From positions 14,292,914-14,356,913 of the forward strand of contig CAVNZM010000003.1 in the NCBI GenBank assembly GCA_963693365.1: a DNA stretch of 64,000 nucleotides, written 5' to 3'. The position numbers and the translations under genes are program-made. Below the pieces are notes generated by a model. That model saw nothing but the letters and a program-made list of their open reading frames with translations. It ran no database searches and had not been told where the DNA came from. This DNA comes from Amoebidium appalachense. Its lineage: Eukaryota > Protista > Ichthyosporea. Below are positions 25,442-36,560 of this stretch, piece by piece; positions within the stretch are counted from its first letter, which is position 1, and every line of letters begins with the position of its first letter.

Positions 25442-26724
25442 ATGGTGAATGCCGTGGTGAGTATGGGTGGGAGGGTAGTGGGACACAACAATACTACTAT
25501 TTCCCTGGAACAAATTGTGGCAGTACCTGGTACTGGTTTCCGAGCGCAGGTGCAAACTTTTAAGGCAGAGGAAATGGAACAATGTCAAGTGGATACAAAC
25601 GTTCTTGTGTTTTTTGAAGTGAAAAGATTTCTTCAAGCTGCTGGATATGTGGGAGAGATGGATGGCCGGATGATTGGGATTACAGGTTTCCTTCCCAGTG
25701 ACTCAGAACTGCCGGAAGCTACAGTAAGTGTCTTTCCCTTTGCCCTTCCCTTCTTCCTGGGTTCCCTTATTCCTTGCCCGCCGGGACCTGCTTTGCCTTT
25801 TGCTGGTTCTCTGGTGTTTTGACTCAGTGTCATGGCTTTTGCTGTTTAAATTGATTTTCTCTTTCCCCTCCCCAACCCCCCCTCCCCCCCTCCCCCCTCC
25901 CTCAGTCCCCTCAGTTGCCGGCTCCCCGCCCTTCCCTCCCGGCCCCCACCTCTCGCGGCCCTTCCCGGGCCCTGTTGTTCTTGTTTTTTTCACATCCGTC
26001 ATACGTCGGTGGGTTGCTGTTTCCCTTTCTGTTTGATACGTAATTTGTGGTAGGGAGGGTTTCATAATTATTGGTTTTGGTAATGAGTTTACTTTTTGTT
26101 TACCTTTTGGCTGTTGTTTTCGAATTCCTTATCCCTCTCCTCTCCCGCGCCGCCCCCTGCCCTTGTCTCCCCGTCTCTCTCTCCCTCTTCCGTCTCCCCT
26201 CCCCCCCTCCCCCCCCCCCTCCCCTCCCTCCCTCCCCCCCCCCCCCCCCCCCCCCCCCGCGCTGTTCTCGAAATCTGTAAGTTCTAATCTTTTTATGACA
26301 GGAGTATCGAGTGTCGATTTCTGCGACGGGGACAGTTGGCATCTTGCGGAAAACGGGAGACACGGAAAAGTCGCATGATTTCAAGTTGAACGTGCCCGTT
26401 TCCGGTGGGGCGACGGTTTACACTGTCAAGTTTGATGATAACGCAAGTTATCATAAACGCGATGCTGTGACACAAAAACCGTCTGAAAGTGGTCCATTGA
26501 CGTTTGAAAATGGGAAACTTGTGTCGGTGCATGGACTACTTCAAAGTGATTCCAGTGGCCCTGTCATTCGCGCGGGCAGTATTACGCCAATTTATCCCCC
26601 CAAGGAAACTTCTCGGCCACAGGCATCAGCTGGAGGAGCTATGAAGCCAGCATATACCGGCACGCCAGCGTTTTTCAACCCGTATCTGAAAAAGAAGAAA
26701 GACTCGGAGAAACCTGAATGTTGA
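25442..26724 (+). CDS. Uncharacterised 234-aa beta-rich protein, possibly tandem OB-fold/ssDNA-binding; join(25442..25723,26302..26724)
   Basis: A GTAAGT..ACAG intron joins LPEAT|EYRVSISATGTV in frame. Strand patterns VSMGGRV, ISATGTV and GKLVSVHGLL resemble OB folds (inference). Basic tail KKKK. Confidence 0.65.
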
Positions 26725-26793
26725 GATTTTTCAAGTATAGCATTGGTTCTGGATGTTATTATGTAAAGTCTCTGAATTGTAATATAGGGTTAC

Positions 26794-27403
26794 TGTAAAC
26801 AGTTGAACTAGTTGGGATAAGGCAGAGAACAACTGAATCAGAATAAAGACAGAGAACGGGTAGTAAGGCACACGCGGCCAGGTTACTATTTAATGTGCTC
26901 GTTCAGAGTGATCCCCCGTACTGGGACGGCTTGTTTATATAGCCCCCAGGTTCCGGATCATCTGGATGGGTGGCATTGATGCCTTCGTGACTTCTGACCA
27001 GTCAGAAGAGTGCGGTCGTCTTTATGTGCACACAGTGCACCAATAACATGAAGCTAACTAAAAGGATAACTTTGTGGCAAATGATTGGTCAATACTTAAG
27101 CCCGTTTAGGTTTATGCAACTGGGTCTGATTTCCTTATTGGTTCCGTTCGTTTAGCTATAGATGTCGCCTGCGTAGTGGATGAGACTTGCATTCCTATCC
27201 TAGCGGTTCTCGAATTCTATTGGTTCATACTGACTGCACGGCCACTGCATATTGCCGGCGCCGCGGCTCAGTCGTGAGCCGCAGCCCGCGGCTGTCGCGT
27301 GTGATATTGATCTGATCATATGTACACAATATCTACGTGATCACTATGATATGTACAGTATATTCGTAATAGTAAACATGTACGGCGTGTACAGATGTTT
27401 ACA
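26794..27403 (-). repeat. 3' LTR
   Basis: Matches 34430-35039 except for two substitutions I could find by eye (gtcagaagag/gtcaggagag; gcctgcgt/gcctccgt). Confidence 0.97.
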
Positions 27404-27417
27404 CTCCCCCCCTTCTC
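27404..27417 (-). other. Polypurine tract
   Basis: GAGAAGGGGGGGAG on the minus strand, immediately before the 3' LTR. Confidence 0.9.
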
Positions 27418-27468
27418 GGGAGCCTGGTGGTATGGTCTGGAGACGGTAAACCACCAGGCTGAGGGAAG

Positions 27469-30400
27469 TTAGCGACGTCGGCGCTTCTTTCGTGCGGGCT
27501 GGCTGGCAGGGCCGGCCACCAAAGTACCTAGGTAGTCTGTGAGTGCTCCTGCGGCTGTGTCTTGCAGGCCGGAGTGAGGTTCCCAGGTGTCGTTCTTAGC
27601 CGTGTACCCTTTCCAACGAACTTTGTAAAGGGCTTGGGCAGTTGCCGAGTCGTACTTGTGGGCAATAATTTTTGCCACTTCGAAGGTGGGGGTGGGTGAA
27701 TCTTGCGGACCAGAGTCGGCTGGCGTCATATCAACGTCGTCACGGGGAAAATACGGCTTCAAGTGACGTGCGTGTGCTCGAACGGTGTCCGTTGACCCAA
27801 CCCGCTGAATTTCGTAAGACATGGGGGCGTCGGTAACGCGCCGCAGGACGCGATACGGACCTTCCCATTTAGGTCTGAGTGCCGTGGGTAGACTGTGGTC
27901 GGTGGTGGAGTCTGTGACTGCTTTCAACACCAGACCCTCGAGTTCTGTGGGTTCACGAGCATTTTTGTTAGCCGTGATTTTACTACGACGGGCAGCTTCA
28001 GACATAATTCGTGTGACTGTTTGCCGGGCATACTGCACTCGTTGCAGTAGTTCTCGACGGTATTCCTCCGTCTCCATCCCACATGAAGCCGCAATTGGGG
28101 GGCGGGGGGGCTCGACCGGATCTCTGCCATAAAGCATGAAGAATGGCGTGTCCCCCAAGGAAGAGTGGTAGGCGGTGCGGTAGGAAAACAGTACTTGCGG
28201 TAAGTAGTCAATCCATTCGTGGTGTTTATCCTGCACGAGAGTGGCAAGAATATTCTTAAGTGTGCGATTGAATCGCTCTACGGCACCATTGGTCTGGGGG
28301 CTGCAGGGACTTGCAAAAATTCGTTTTGTAGCCAACACTCGACAGACATCTGTGACCAACATAGCTGCCAAATTCGCGCCGTTGTCTGATACTAAAAATT
28401 CCGGACGACCGTGACGGCAGTAGATGGAGTCTTCGAATGCCTTTGCCACATCTTCGGCTGTGGGTGTTTTGTGAAATAAAATCACTTCCGGCCAGCGAGT
28501 GAAGAGGTCGAGAAACACCAACAGGGAAACTCTGAGATCAGATTTCGTAGGCATCTCAGTAATGTCCATAGACACGTATTGAAAGAGATAGGTGGGGATA
28601 AAACCATCGTGAATTCGTAGTTTCTTTTGCATTCGGGGTGTCTTCCGGTATTGACAGGCTTTGCATGTGGTTACCCACTGCACCGAGTCTTGCCATACAC
28701 GTGGCCACCATGCTATCTGGGTAACACGGTGGAAGGTGCGTGCTGCGTCGAGGTGACCTGCGGTTGGGGCGTCGTGACATGCGGCCAAAACGAGGCGCAC
28801 AAGCGTAGACGGCACCCAAATTCGTGGTTCCTTGCTGGGTTTGCGGGGGCCACGCTGTTCTAGGACCCACACATACACAAGGTCATTGTCTATGGTGCAG
28901 CGACTAGCTTCCATCGCGATTTCGTTGCCAAATAATTCGTAGCCCGGTGCTTTTTCCAGGTAGGCCCTGACTTTCGCAATGTGTTTATCAGCCTTCTGTG
29001 CTGACACATACTGTTCATAGGTGGGCATTCGTCCATCCGCTTTTGGGGGAATAAATTCTGGCGGCGTGGTATTAGGTTTCGTGGGTTCAGCTGGGGGTGC
29101 CAGTGGGTGGGTGGCAGCTTGTGCCTGCGCTGTCGCTGCGGCGGAGCGTGTTACCGCAAACACCGTGGACGAGCCCGAGACTGTGCCGATCAGTGAGGGG
29201 TATGTCAGCTCAGTATCTTCGGGTCCTGGTTGCGCATTTTCTTTAGATGGCCGAGAGAGTCCATCAGCATTGCTGTGGTGTTTGCCCGCCCTGTGCTGAA
29301 TTTCGTATGTGTATGCGGAAAGCGCCATTTGCCAGCCTGCAACAACAGGTTCCGGTGCATCGCCGGTAGACAGAATGCGCGTCAAGCTGGAGTGGTCGGT
29401 TCGTAACAAGAAAGGAGCCCCATAGGTGTAAGCGCGAAATGCTTTGCACACAGCCCAATACACACCTAAGGCTTCCCTTTTATTCGCCGCATAATTTCGT
29501 TCACTCTTAGAGAGTGTTCTGCTAGCATAAGCTATGGGTCGTTCTTTGCCGTCATCACCTACCTGCGAAATCACTGCGCCCAGAGCATACTGTGAAGCAT
29601 CTGAGTCAACAATAAAAGGTTTGGTGAAATCGGGGTGAGCAAGCACAGGTGCATTAATTAACGCATTCTTAAGGGTATCGTATGCTTTCTCCTGTTCCGT
29701 ACCCCACACCCATGCAGCATTTTTCTGTGCTTTCTTTTTCGTGGCCAAAATAGCTGCAGAATCGGCGTGCAAATTTTTTGCTTCGTCTTTTCGTTGTTTT
29801 GCGCTGCCGTTGCGTTTGGCGGGTTTCGTAGAGGGGGGCATTTTTGCGTGAATTCGTTTTAGTAATTCTGAATCCTCCTTCGAGGTGCCCAGCATTCGCG
29901 TGAGTGGTTCAGCCGTATGGCTGAAATCGTCCACAAATATTCGATAATATGAAAATAACCCGAGGTCACTTCGTAGCTCAGATAAATTTTGTGGGTAGCT
30001 TTTATTCTTTATTGCTGCCACTTTTTCTGGGTCTACCTTAATACCATCCGGGCATACGCGATGGCCTAAATAGCCAACTTCTTCCATGAACAAAGAGCAT
30101 TTTCTGCCTTTCAGTTTTAATCCTGCATCACAGAGCCGGGAAAAACATGAATCTAAATGCCCAAAATGTTCTTCGATAGTGGGTGACATAACTAATATAT
30201 CATCGAGATATATGAGTACATGTGTCCACAGCATACCAGCGAATACACGGTTCATCATCCTTGAAAAGACAGCAGGCATGTTACTTACTCCAAAAGGTGC
30301 GCGTGCGAATTGATACTGCCCCCAGGGGGTGGTAAATGCAAGTTTTTCTTTGTCGTTATCGGCTACTTTGACTTGGTGGTAACCACCGTTTAAATCAAGT

Positions 30401-32376
30401 GCGGAAAACACGCGGGCACCTCTGAGCATACCCAGAGCCATGTCAATTCGTGGTAAAGGGTAACCGTCTTTCTTCGTAATCAAGTTCAGCATTCTAAAAT
30501 CAATGCAGACTCTTAAAGACCCGTCCTTTTTCGCCACCAACACCATCGGAGCGGAGTAAGGGCTGGACGCAGGCTCAATCACTCCAAACTCTACCCAATT
30601 TTGAATTTGTTTGTGTAGGCTATCGCGAAGGTGATGTGGGATGTTATAGGGCCTGCGGTACTGTGGTATGGTGGTAGTTACTTCGATCGACAGTTCGTCT
30701 AAGGTACTCAAACCAAAGTCGTTGTCGTGTGCAGAGAACACATGCTTCCATTTCTTAAGCAGTTTTCGTATCCGTTTCGCCAACGGTTTCCGTTGGTCTG
30801 GGGGAGTTCCAGGCATGTCGTATTCTTCTGGAGGTTTGACCCCAAAAGGCAAGTCGTCGTCTGTGGCGGCTTCCCCGTCGGAGGTACATTCGTGCGTACG
30901 CTTTCGTAAATTATTCGTATCCTCCAGTGCAGTGGTAGATGGTGCCCCATCTGCTGCTTCGATAGTAGGTGGCCCTACCTCTGGTTTTGTTCGTGCTGGA
31001 TTACCAAAACCATTCATTTTCGTGGAACTGCGCTGTGTGGTGTTCTCTTTCGTACTCATATTCATAATTTTACTCCGTTCACACACCTTAATACTACCGT
31101 TAATATTAGTAGCCGCCTGGAAAGTGTGTGGTTCGTGTTCGGTGGGTTCTTCGGTTGATTCCTGCGAAGAAAAGTTCGTTTTAGCAGAGGTACCTAATGG
31201 ATGGCCAGGGTGTGGGGTTGTCGCCCTCCTGGTTCCATTACCGGAGTGTGGACGTGCTAAAAGAGTAACAGTGTCATCTGATTGCAAGGGAATAAACATG
31301 GCCACCTCCGTACCAGGGCCTAGGTACACATGATGGTCCGATGTGTTAGTCAACAACACCTTGCATTCGTATTCGTCCTCGATCACACTTTCTTCGCTAG
31401 TGGAGAGGGGGGGTTCGTTATTCGAAATTCGAGCTAAACTGGTGACACTGCATGCTGTTGTGTAAGCCCGTGAATTAAGTGGACCACATGGAACCACTGT
31501 GCCCATACAACAGTCTAAAGTTCGTGGTGGTGGTGCGCCGGCAGCGAGTTTTATTTTACACGTTGCGATATTTGACGCATCTACCGGGAGGTGAATACCT
31601 GTGGTGGTAATTAATACGCGAGAAACAGCTGTCTCCTCCGCACTCCCACGCAACCACCACACCGGAATACTGCACCTGCGATTTCCCTTAGCATACATGA
31701 ACGAAAGTTCTGCAGCACCGTAATCAATTCGTCCCTGTTGTGGCCCCATGAAATCAACACCTAATAAGGCATCATATGGTAGATTATCAATCACATGCCA
31801 TCTGTGCACCACTAGAGCAGATTCGTTGGGAATGGCGAGAGTGAGAGATATACTTCCTTGGCATGTCATTTCGTTACTTTGTGCATCCAGTACACTAAAA
31901 TTAGGAACATGCTGAATTCGTTTTCTTGCCACTACAGGGAGAGATTCGTAAAATGCTGTGCTTATACAGCTATGGCTAGCACCAGAGTCGACAACTACTG
32001 TGACTAGCTTCCCATGCACATACATTCGCGCAAGTGTGGCTGTGCATTTATTTTCGTGGGTTAATGTGCACACAGTGGCATTTTCATGCCGTGGTTCTGC
32101 AATGGAGGAGTGCACACGGTCAGCAAAATGCACATTTTTCTTTTTGCGCGGGGGCGGGGTGTGCGTGTGCATGGGGGGGTCAGTACACGGGGGTAACTGT
32201 TCGTGGGGGGGTGGGGCACATGCAGATTCGTGGGAGGGCTCCGAGACAACAGAAATTTCCGCACCAGTAGATTTATTTTGCAATTTATCTGCCAGAGGGG
32301 AACACAGTTCCAGCTCTGCTATTAAATCAAATACATTATGTTCTACTGGGGAGAGACCAGTCCCTTGCCCGCCTTC
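27469..32376 (-). CDS. pol: Gypsy Pol (protease, RT, RNase H, integrase, chromodomain), open directly after the gag UAG
   Basis: VDSGAS protease; LRVCIDFR, PFGVSN and YLDD RT; DASQYALGAV RNase H; H-H-C-C, VSDNG and NGAVER integrase; KWEGPY; chromodomain FEVAKII..YKVRWKGY..DTWEP. Confidence 0.97.
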   Translation of the reverse strand, partial: EGGQGTGLSPVEHNVFDLIAELELCSPLADKLQNKSTGAEISVVSEPSHESACAPPPHEQLPPCTDPPMHTHTPPPRKKKNVHFADRVHSSIAEPRHENATVCTLTHENKCTATLARMYVHGKLVTVVVDSGASHSCISTAFYESLPVVARKRIQHVPNFSVLDAQSNEMTCQGSISLTLAIPNESALVVHRWHVIDNLPYDALLGVDFMGPQQGRIDYGAAELSFMYAKGNRRCSIPVWWLRGSAEETAVSRVLITTTGIHLPVDASNIATCKIKLAAGAPPPRTLDCCMGTVVPCGPLNSRAYTTACSVTSLARISNNEPPLSTSEESVIEDEYECKVLLTNTSDHHVYLGPGTEVAMFIPLQSDDTVTLLARPHSGNGTRRATTPHPGHPLGTSAKTNFSSQESTEEPTEHEPHTFQAATNINGSIKVCERSKIMNMSTKENTTQRSSTKMNGFGNPARTKPEVGPPTIEAADGAPSTTALEDTNNLRKRTHECTSDGEAATDDDLPFGVKPPEEYDMPGTPPDQRKPLAKRIRKLLKKWKHVFSAHDNDFGLSTLDELSIEVTTTIPQYRRPYNIPHHLRDSLHKQIQNWVEFGVIEPASSPYSAPMVLVAKKDGSLRVCIDFRMLNLITKKDGYPLPRIDMALGMLRGARVFSALDLNGGYHQVKVADNDKEKLAFTTPWGQYQFARAPFGVSNMPAVFSRMMNRVFAGMLWTHVLIYLDDILVMSPTIEEHFGHLDSCFSRLCDAGLKLKGRKCSLFMEEVGYLGHRVCPDGIKVDPEKVAAIKNKSYPQNLSELRSDLGLFSYYRIFVDDFSHTAEPLTRMLGTSKEDSELLKRIHAKMPPSTKPAKRNGSAKQRKDEAKNLHADSAAILATKKKAQKNAAWVWGTEQEKAYDTLKNALINAPVLAHPDFTKPFIVDSDASQYALGAVISQVGDDGKERPIAYASRTLSKSERNYAANKREALGVYWAVCKAFRAYTYGAPFLLRTDHSSLTRILSTGDAPEPVVAGWQMALSAYTYEIQHRAGKHHSNADGLSRPSKENAQPGPEDTELTYPSLIGTVSGSSTVFAVTRSAAATAQAQAATHPLAPPAEPTKPNTTPPEFIPPKADGRMPTYEQYVSAQKADKHIAKVRAYLEKAPGYELFGNEIAMEASRCTIDNDLVYVWVLEQRGPRKPSKEPRIWVPSTLVRLVLAACHDAPTAGHLDAARTFHRVTQIAWWPRVWQDSVQWVTTCKACQYRKTPRMQKKLRIHDGFIPTYLFQYVSMDITEMPTKSDLRVSLLVFLDLFTRWPEVILFHKTPTAEDVAKAFEDSIYCRHGRPEFLVSDNGANLAAMLVTDVCRVLATKRIFASPCSPQTNGAVERFNRTLKNILATLVQDKHHEWIDYLPQVLFSYRTAYHSSLGDTPFFMLYGRDPVEPPRPPIAASCGMETEEYRRELLQRVQYARQTVTRIMSEAARRSKITANKNAREPTELEGLVLKAVTDSTTDHSLPTALRPKWEGPYRVLRRVTDAPMSYEIQRVGSTDTVRAHARHLKPYFPRDDVDMTPADSGPQDSPTPTFEVAKIIAHKYDSATAQALYKVRWKGYTAKNDTWEPHSGLQDTAAGALTDYLGTLVAGPASQPARKKRRRR

Positions 32377-34377
32377 CTATTCTACACGTGCTCTCTTGAA
32401 CTTGGCCCGATTAGCCTCAATCTCTGCCTTGCGGGTTCCCTTCTTAAAGTTGGGGTCGTACTTGGGGCAAATTGGTGACCCCCCAAAGTGCCCCTTCTGC
32501 TTGCAGGAGTGGCATTCGAATTTGAGGGCCGGGCACGTCTTGCCTTCGGCGTGGCTGCCGTACTTGCACCCACGGTTGCAGGGGGTGGTGCCCATGCGCG
32601 AAAAAATAGACGGCTTCTCGCTGGCACCAGATCCACCACCGGGTTGCTGTTTTGTGGGGGGTTTCTGTGTTAGAATGGTGGATGGGGTTCGTGTGTGCCT
32701 GTCTCTTTCTTTTTCTGCGAGATAGGCAACAACTCCAGACAGGGTCAATTCTTCTTCTTTTCGTGTTTGTCTGAGTTGATATTTGCGAAATTCTTGTTCG
32801 TCTTCCCCACCCAATCGGTGAGACAAATCCAAAATTTGGTGTGCCTCAGACTTAAGGGGGTACACACGTGCCCACAAACGCGCATGCCTGCTTGCAAATT
32901 CGGCCACCTTTTGCTTGCCTTGTTTGAGTGCATTTAATTCGGCACTGAGTGCCTCTTGCACACGCTGGTCGTGAAATTTCGTAACTAGTGCATGTGCAAA
33001 TGCATCAAACGTGAGTTCTCCCTGTGTCCTGGTAAAATTCGTGTACCACACACGGGCGGGGGAAGCAAGAGGAAAGCACTGCACCGCCCAGCGAACAGCA
33101 AGTGTGGGGGGGACCCCTGCAATGCAAAACATCTGCTGGGAAAATTCGTGCAGCCATTCAATCACCGTGCATTTATCCTGCAAGTCACCCTTGTATTCTG
33201 GTAGTTTCAATGCAGCCAAGATGGGGCCGTATTCGGATGCATGCAACTGGCGGAGAGGGTGCAACCACAGTTTTTCGTGCTCTGCAAAGTGCTTGTTCAA
33301 TATAGACCCAGCCTTACCTCCTGAGCCTGTGCTGACATCAGAGCCTCTCGGGCGACTTGGCGTGCCTGCCAGTCCACCTGCAGACGCCAGAGGGGATCCT
33401 GCAAGGGGGATTTCGTTAAATACGGGTGCTTTAGGCTGGTCGAAGTGATCTTCTTCATGCACTTTCGCAGTCATGTGTTCGTTTTCGTTTGTGGGTGTGT
33501 CTTCGTAACTTTGTTCGTGTTTTTCTTCATTTTCAGCATCAGAATCAGTGTAGCTGAGTGTGCGCGCAAGCACATCCTTATATGTAAATTTAGTGGGGGG
33601 TGCGGGAGGTGCAATTACCTTGGGATCAGTGCACCCAGATGGGACCGGGGACAAAGGCTTCTTGCCTGTGGTGGGTGGGGGAGGACGGGGGGTGGTGGGC
33701 ACCGTCGTATTTTTCACACGTGCCTCAGCCACCAACTGTGCTTCCCGCTCCAACTCAGACCATTTCGCGGACGTGCACAACATTCTAGACAGTGTGGTGT
33801 CTTCCATCTGCGAAATCTCACTGTAAATCTGCGCGACATCAGCTTCGAGGTCCATCACAGGCCGCCCAGCATCGATTGCAGTTTGAATGGCACGTCTCAG
33901 AGTTTCAATACGATAGAACTTGGAGAGAACACGGCCCCGCACCTCTGCCAGAGCTGTGGCAGTGTCCCGGTCTTGTTTCGTTTTTTCCTTCGTTGCTACT
34001 TGAAGTTCGTTCGTGTGTTTGTTGGTGTTCGTGTGTTCGTTGGTGTTCGTATGTTCGTTGGTTTTCGTGTGTTCGTTGCGCTTCGTTTTGTCTTTGGGTT
34101 TCGTGCTTTCGTTGGGCTTCGTTTGTTCGTTGCCAGTGGGCTTCGTAGTTGCCTTTGTGTTCGTGTGTGTGTTGGGTTTTGTGATCGTGTTCGGTTTCTG
34201 GGGAGCACGAGGCTGTGTAGGGGGAGGGGTGGGGAGTGTTTTCGTGCCCTGCCCCGGAGTCTTGGCTTTCTTCTGCGTTGGGGGCGGCGGTTTGACTGCG
34301 GTAGGCTTCTTGGTGTCACGTGTCAGTTTGCTTTCATTGTCCGAGAATACAGGGTAGTCGTCAAATTCGCCCGCCAT
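32377..34377 (-). CDS. gag: Gypsy Gag, 666 aa
   Basis: Capsid-like LPEYKG..EW..W..F..LKQG region and zinc knuckle CHSCKQKGHFGGSPIC. Long low-complexity N-terminus with NEHT repeats. Confidence 0.92.
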   Translation of the reverse strand: MAGEFDDYPVFSDNESKLTRDTKKPTAVKPPPPTQKKAKTPGQGTKTLPTPPPTQPRAPQKPNTITKPNTHTNTKATTKPTGNEQTKPNESTKPKDKTKRNEHTKTNEHTNTNEHTNTNKHTNELQVATKEKTKQDRDTATALAEVRGRVLSKFYRIETLRRAIQTAIDAGRPVMDLEADVAQIYSEISQMEDTTLSRMLCTSAKWSELEREAQLVAEARVKNTTVPTTPRPPPPTTGKKPLSPVPSGCTDPKVIAPPAPPTKFTYKDVLARTLSYTDSDAENEEKHEQSYEDTPTNENEHMTAKVHEEDHFDQPKAPVFNEIPLAGSPLASAGGLAGTPSRPRGSDVSTGSGGKAGSILNKHFAEHEKLWLHPLRQLHASEYGPILAALKLPEYKGDLQDKCTVIEWLHEFSQQMFCIAGVPPTLAVRWAVQCFPLASPARVWYTNFTRTQGELTFDAFAHALVTKFHDQRVQEALSAELNALKQGKQKVAEFASRHARLWARVYPLKSEAHQILDLSHRLGGEDEQEFRKYQLRQTRKEEELTLSGVVAYLAEKERDRHTRTPSTILTQKPPTKQQPGGGSGASEKPSIFSRMGTTPCNRGCKYGSHAEGKTCPALKFECHSCKQKGHFGGSPICPKYDPNFKKGTRKAEIEANRAKFKRARVE

Positions 34378-34417
34378 GGTTGAAGAGATTCTTGAAAGAT
34401 GTGAGATTCTGGAACTG

Positions 34418-34428
34418 CGCGGTCGCCA
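34418..34428 (-). other. Primer binding site (tRNA, possibly Arg)
   Basis: TGGCGACCGCG one base inside the 5' LTR. The tRNA identity rests on recalled similarity to the 412/mdg1 PBS and is unverified. Confidence 0.8.
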
Positions 34429-34429
34429 A

Positions 34430-35039
34430 TGTAAACAGTTGAACTAGTTGGGATAAGGCAGAGAACAACTGAATCAGAATAAAGACAGAGAACGGGTAGT
34501 AAGGCACACGCGGCCAGGTTACTATTTAATGTGCTCGTTCAGAGTGATCCCCCGTACTGGGACGGCTTGTTTATATAGCCCCCAGGTTCCGGATCATCTG
34601 GATGGGTGGCATTGATGCCTTCGTGACTTCTGACCAGTCAGGAGAGTGCGGTCGTCTTTATGTGCACACAGTGCACCAATAACATGAAGCTAACTAAAAG
34701 GATAACTTTGTGGCAAATGATTGGTCAATACTTAAGCCCGTTTAGGTTTATGCAACTGGGTCTGATTTCCTTATTGGTTCCGTTCGTTTAGCTATAGATG
34801 TCGCCTCCGTAGTGGATGAGACTTGCATTCCTATCCTAGCGGTTCTCGAATTCTATTGGTTCATACTGACTGCACGGCCACTGCATATTGCCGGCGCCGC
34901 GGCTCAGTCGTGAGCCGCAGCCCGCGGCTGTCGCGTGTGATATTGATCTGATCATATGTACACAATATCTACGTGATCACTATGATATGTACAGTATATT
35001 CGTAATAGTAAACATGTACGGCGTGTACAGATGTTTACA
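34430..35039 (-). repeat. 5' LTR
   Basis: TG...CA, 610 bp, adjacent to the PBS. Confidence 0.97.
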
Positions 35040-35263
35040 GTTACGCAGTACGAAAAGAAGCGGTGGGGTCAAGTTTAATGTATTTGATAGATCAAGTTGT
35101 TTTTGTAGGTAGACATGTGTGGTGGTGCAGGAAAAAAGATTTTTTTGTATGATGTAGTATTGGGATAGAGTTATTGAGTTATATTATTTTATGACAAAGA
35201 TATGTTGAATGAGCCGGCTTGGTATGATATGATGTTTATTCCCGTCACGTTAAACGGAAGGAC

Positions 35264-35661
35264 GTGACCTTCAGCTACACCCCCACCGGTACTTTGTCCC
35301 ATGCCACCCTCCACCTGCCAACCTCCAAGACGGATGTACAGGCCCGAGGCGTCAACGTCACTCCAGCTGCCCTACCCCTCACCCACTTCTCCCCAGCCCA
35401 TCTCCTCCGGCAGTTCCTGGATACAACGTCCGGTCAACCCGACGACCCCCTGTTCAGTCTCGGTGGCATTCCCTACACCAAGGGTGCTTTCTCTGCCGAC
35501 TTCCGTGCCCTCCTCTCCCGGGCAGGCCTCTCACCCTCCCGGTTTGCCGGCCACAGCTCCGCATAGGGGGGGCCACAGCACTGGCTGAGGCCGGGGTCGA
35601 CGACTCCCGGATCAAACAACTCGGCAGGTGGTCCTCCGACTGTTTCCTGATTTATACCCGA
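35264..35661 (+). pseudogene. Tyrosine recombinase C-terminal fragment (DIRS/Ngaro-type), frameshifted
   Basis: LPTSKTD..G, DPLF, FAGHS(frameshift)RIGGAT.LAEAG...IKQLGRWSSDCFLIY, which is the HxxR...GRW...Y catalytic signature. Confidence 0.88.
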
Positions 35662-35749
35662 CTTCGTCCGGCCTCCATTGCTGCCACTATCACACGTGTA
35701 TTCGCCTCTATTCTTAAGTGAAACCTTTGGAGCAAGCATACTGCTCTCG

Positions 35750-36399
35750 TGCCGTGGTTTACAACCATTGCAGGTTCACTTTCGTCCAAGGGGATGTCCC
35801 CCTAGAGGCAACACACGTCCCGGAGTAGTTTTCATAGATGTTTTATTTGTGGAAATTATTGACATAAATATTTTTCTGGGTAAACACGTAGGATGGGTGT
35901 CCGATATCAACAGGCTTCGTTTCATGTTTTAGCAGTTCGCGTTCGGCTGCCCGCATACGGGCACCTATTAGCCGATCAAAACATCAGATTCCACAGATCA
36001 CTAGACCGAGTTTGATTGGCTCAGGATCAGATTTCACATAACACTAGATCGATTTTGATTGGCTCAGTTCGGTAGCCTTAGGTATATAAGCACGACAGTT
36101 TTTAGCAGATCAGCAAGCAACAAAACACATCTTCTGTGTTTTAGCACCTACAGCTTTACAGCTATATTTTCTTTTTTCACCCACCCACCTACACCCTACA
36201 CTCAACCCCCATTGATCCCCACATACGTGCTGTTTTTTCACGGGCCGAAGACTTCCCCCGTTTTTTGGGCACAAGGACCTCACGGATCAATAAATTGATG
36301 ACTGGGGGCTTGCCGTGGTTTACAACCATTGCAGGTTCACTTTCGTCCAAGGGGATGTCCCCCTAGAGGCAACACACGTCCCGGAGTAGTTTTCATAGA
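35750..36399. repeat. Exact 89-bp direct repeat pair (35750-35838, 36311-36399)
   Basis: tgccgtggtttacaaccattgcaggttc...cggagtagttttcataga occurs twice. Confidence 0.92.
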
Positions 36400-36467
36400 A
36401 GGGGAAAGTTGTGTGTCGGTGTGTGTGTGTGTGTGTGTCTGTGTGTGTGTACGGTGTGTGTGTGTGC

Positions 36468-36560
<93 letters not shown>

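Larger units (their letters stand above)
26794..35039 (-). mobile_element. Full-length Ty3/Gypsy LTR retrotransposon with chromodomain (chromovirus-like)
   Basis: Two 610-bp LTRs bounded by TGTAAACA...TGTTTACA; 5-bp TSD GTTAC at 26789-26793 and 35040-35044; PBS, PPT and intact gag and pol with PR-RT-RH-INT-chromo order. Confidence 0.98.

Noticed and set aside
27252-27449. Small plus-strand ORF repeated at 34888
   Set aside because: It lies within the LTRs and has no coding signature.
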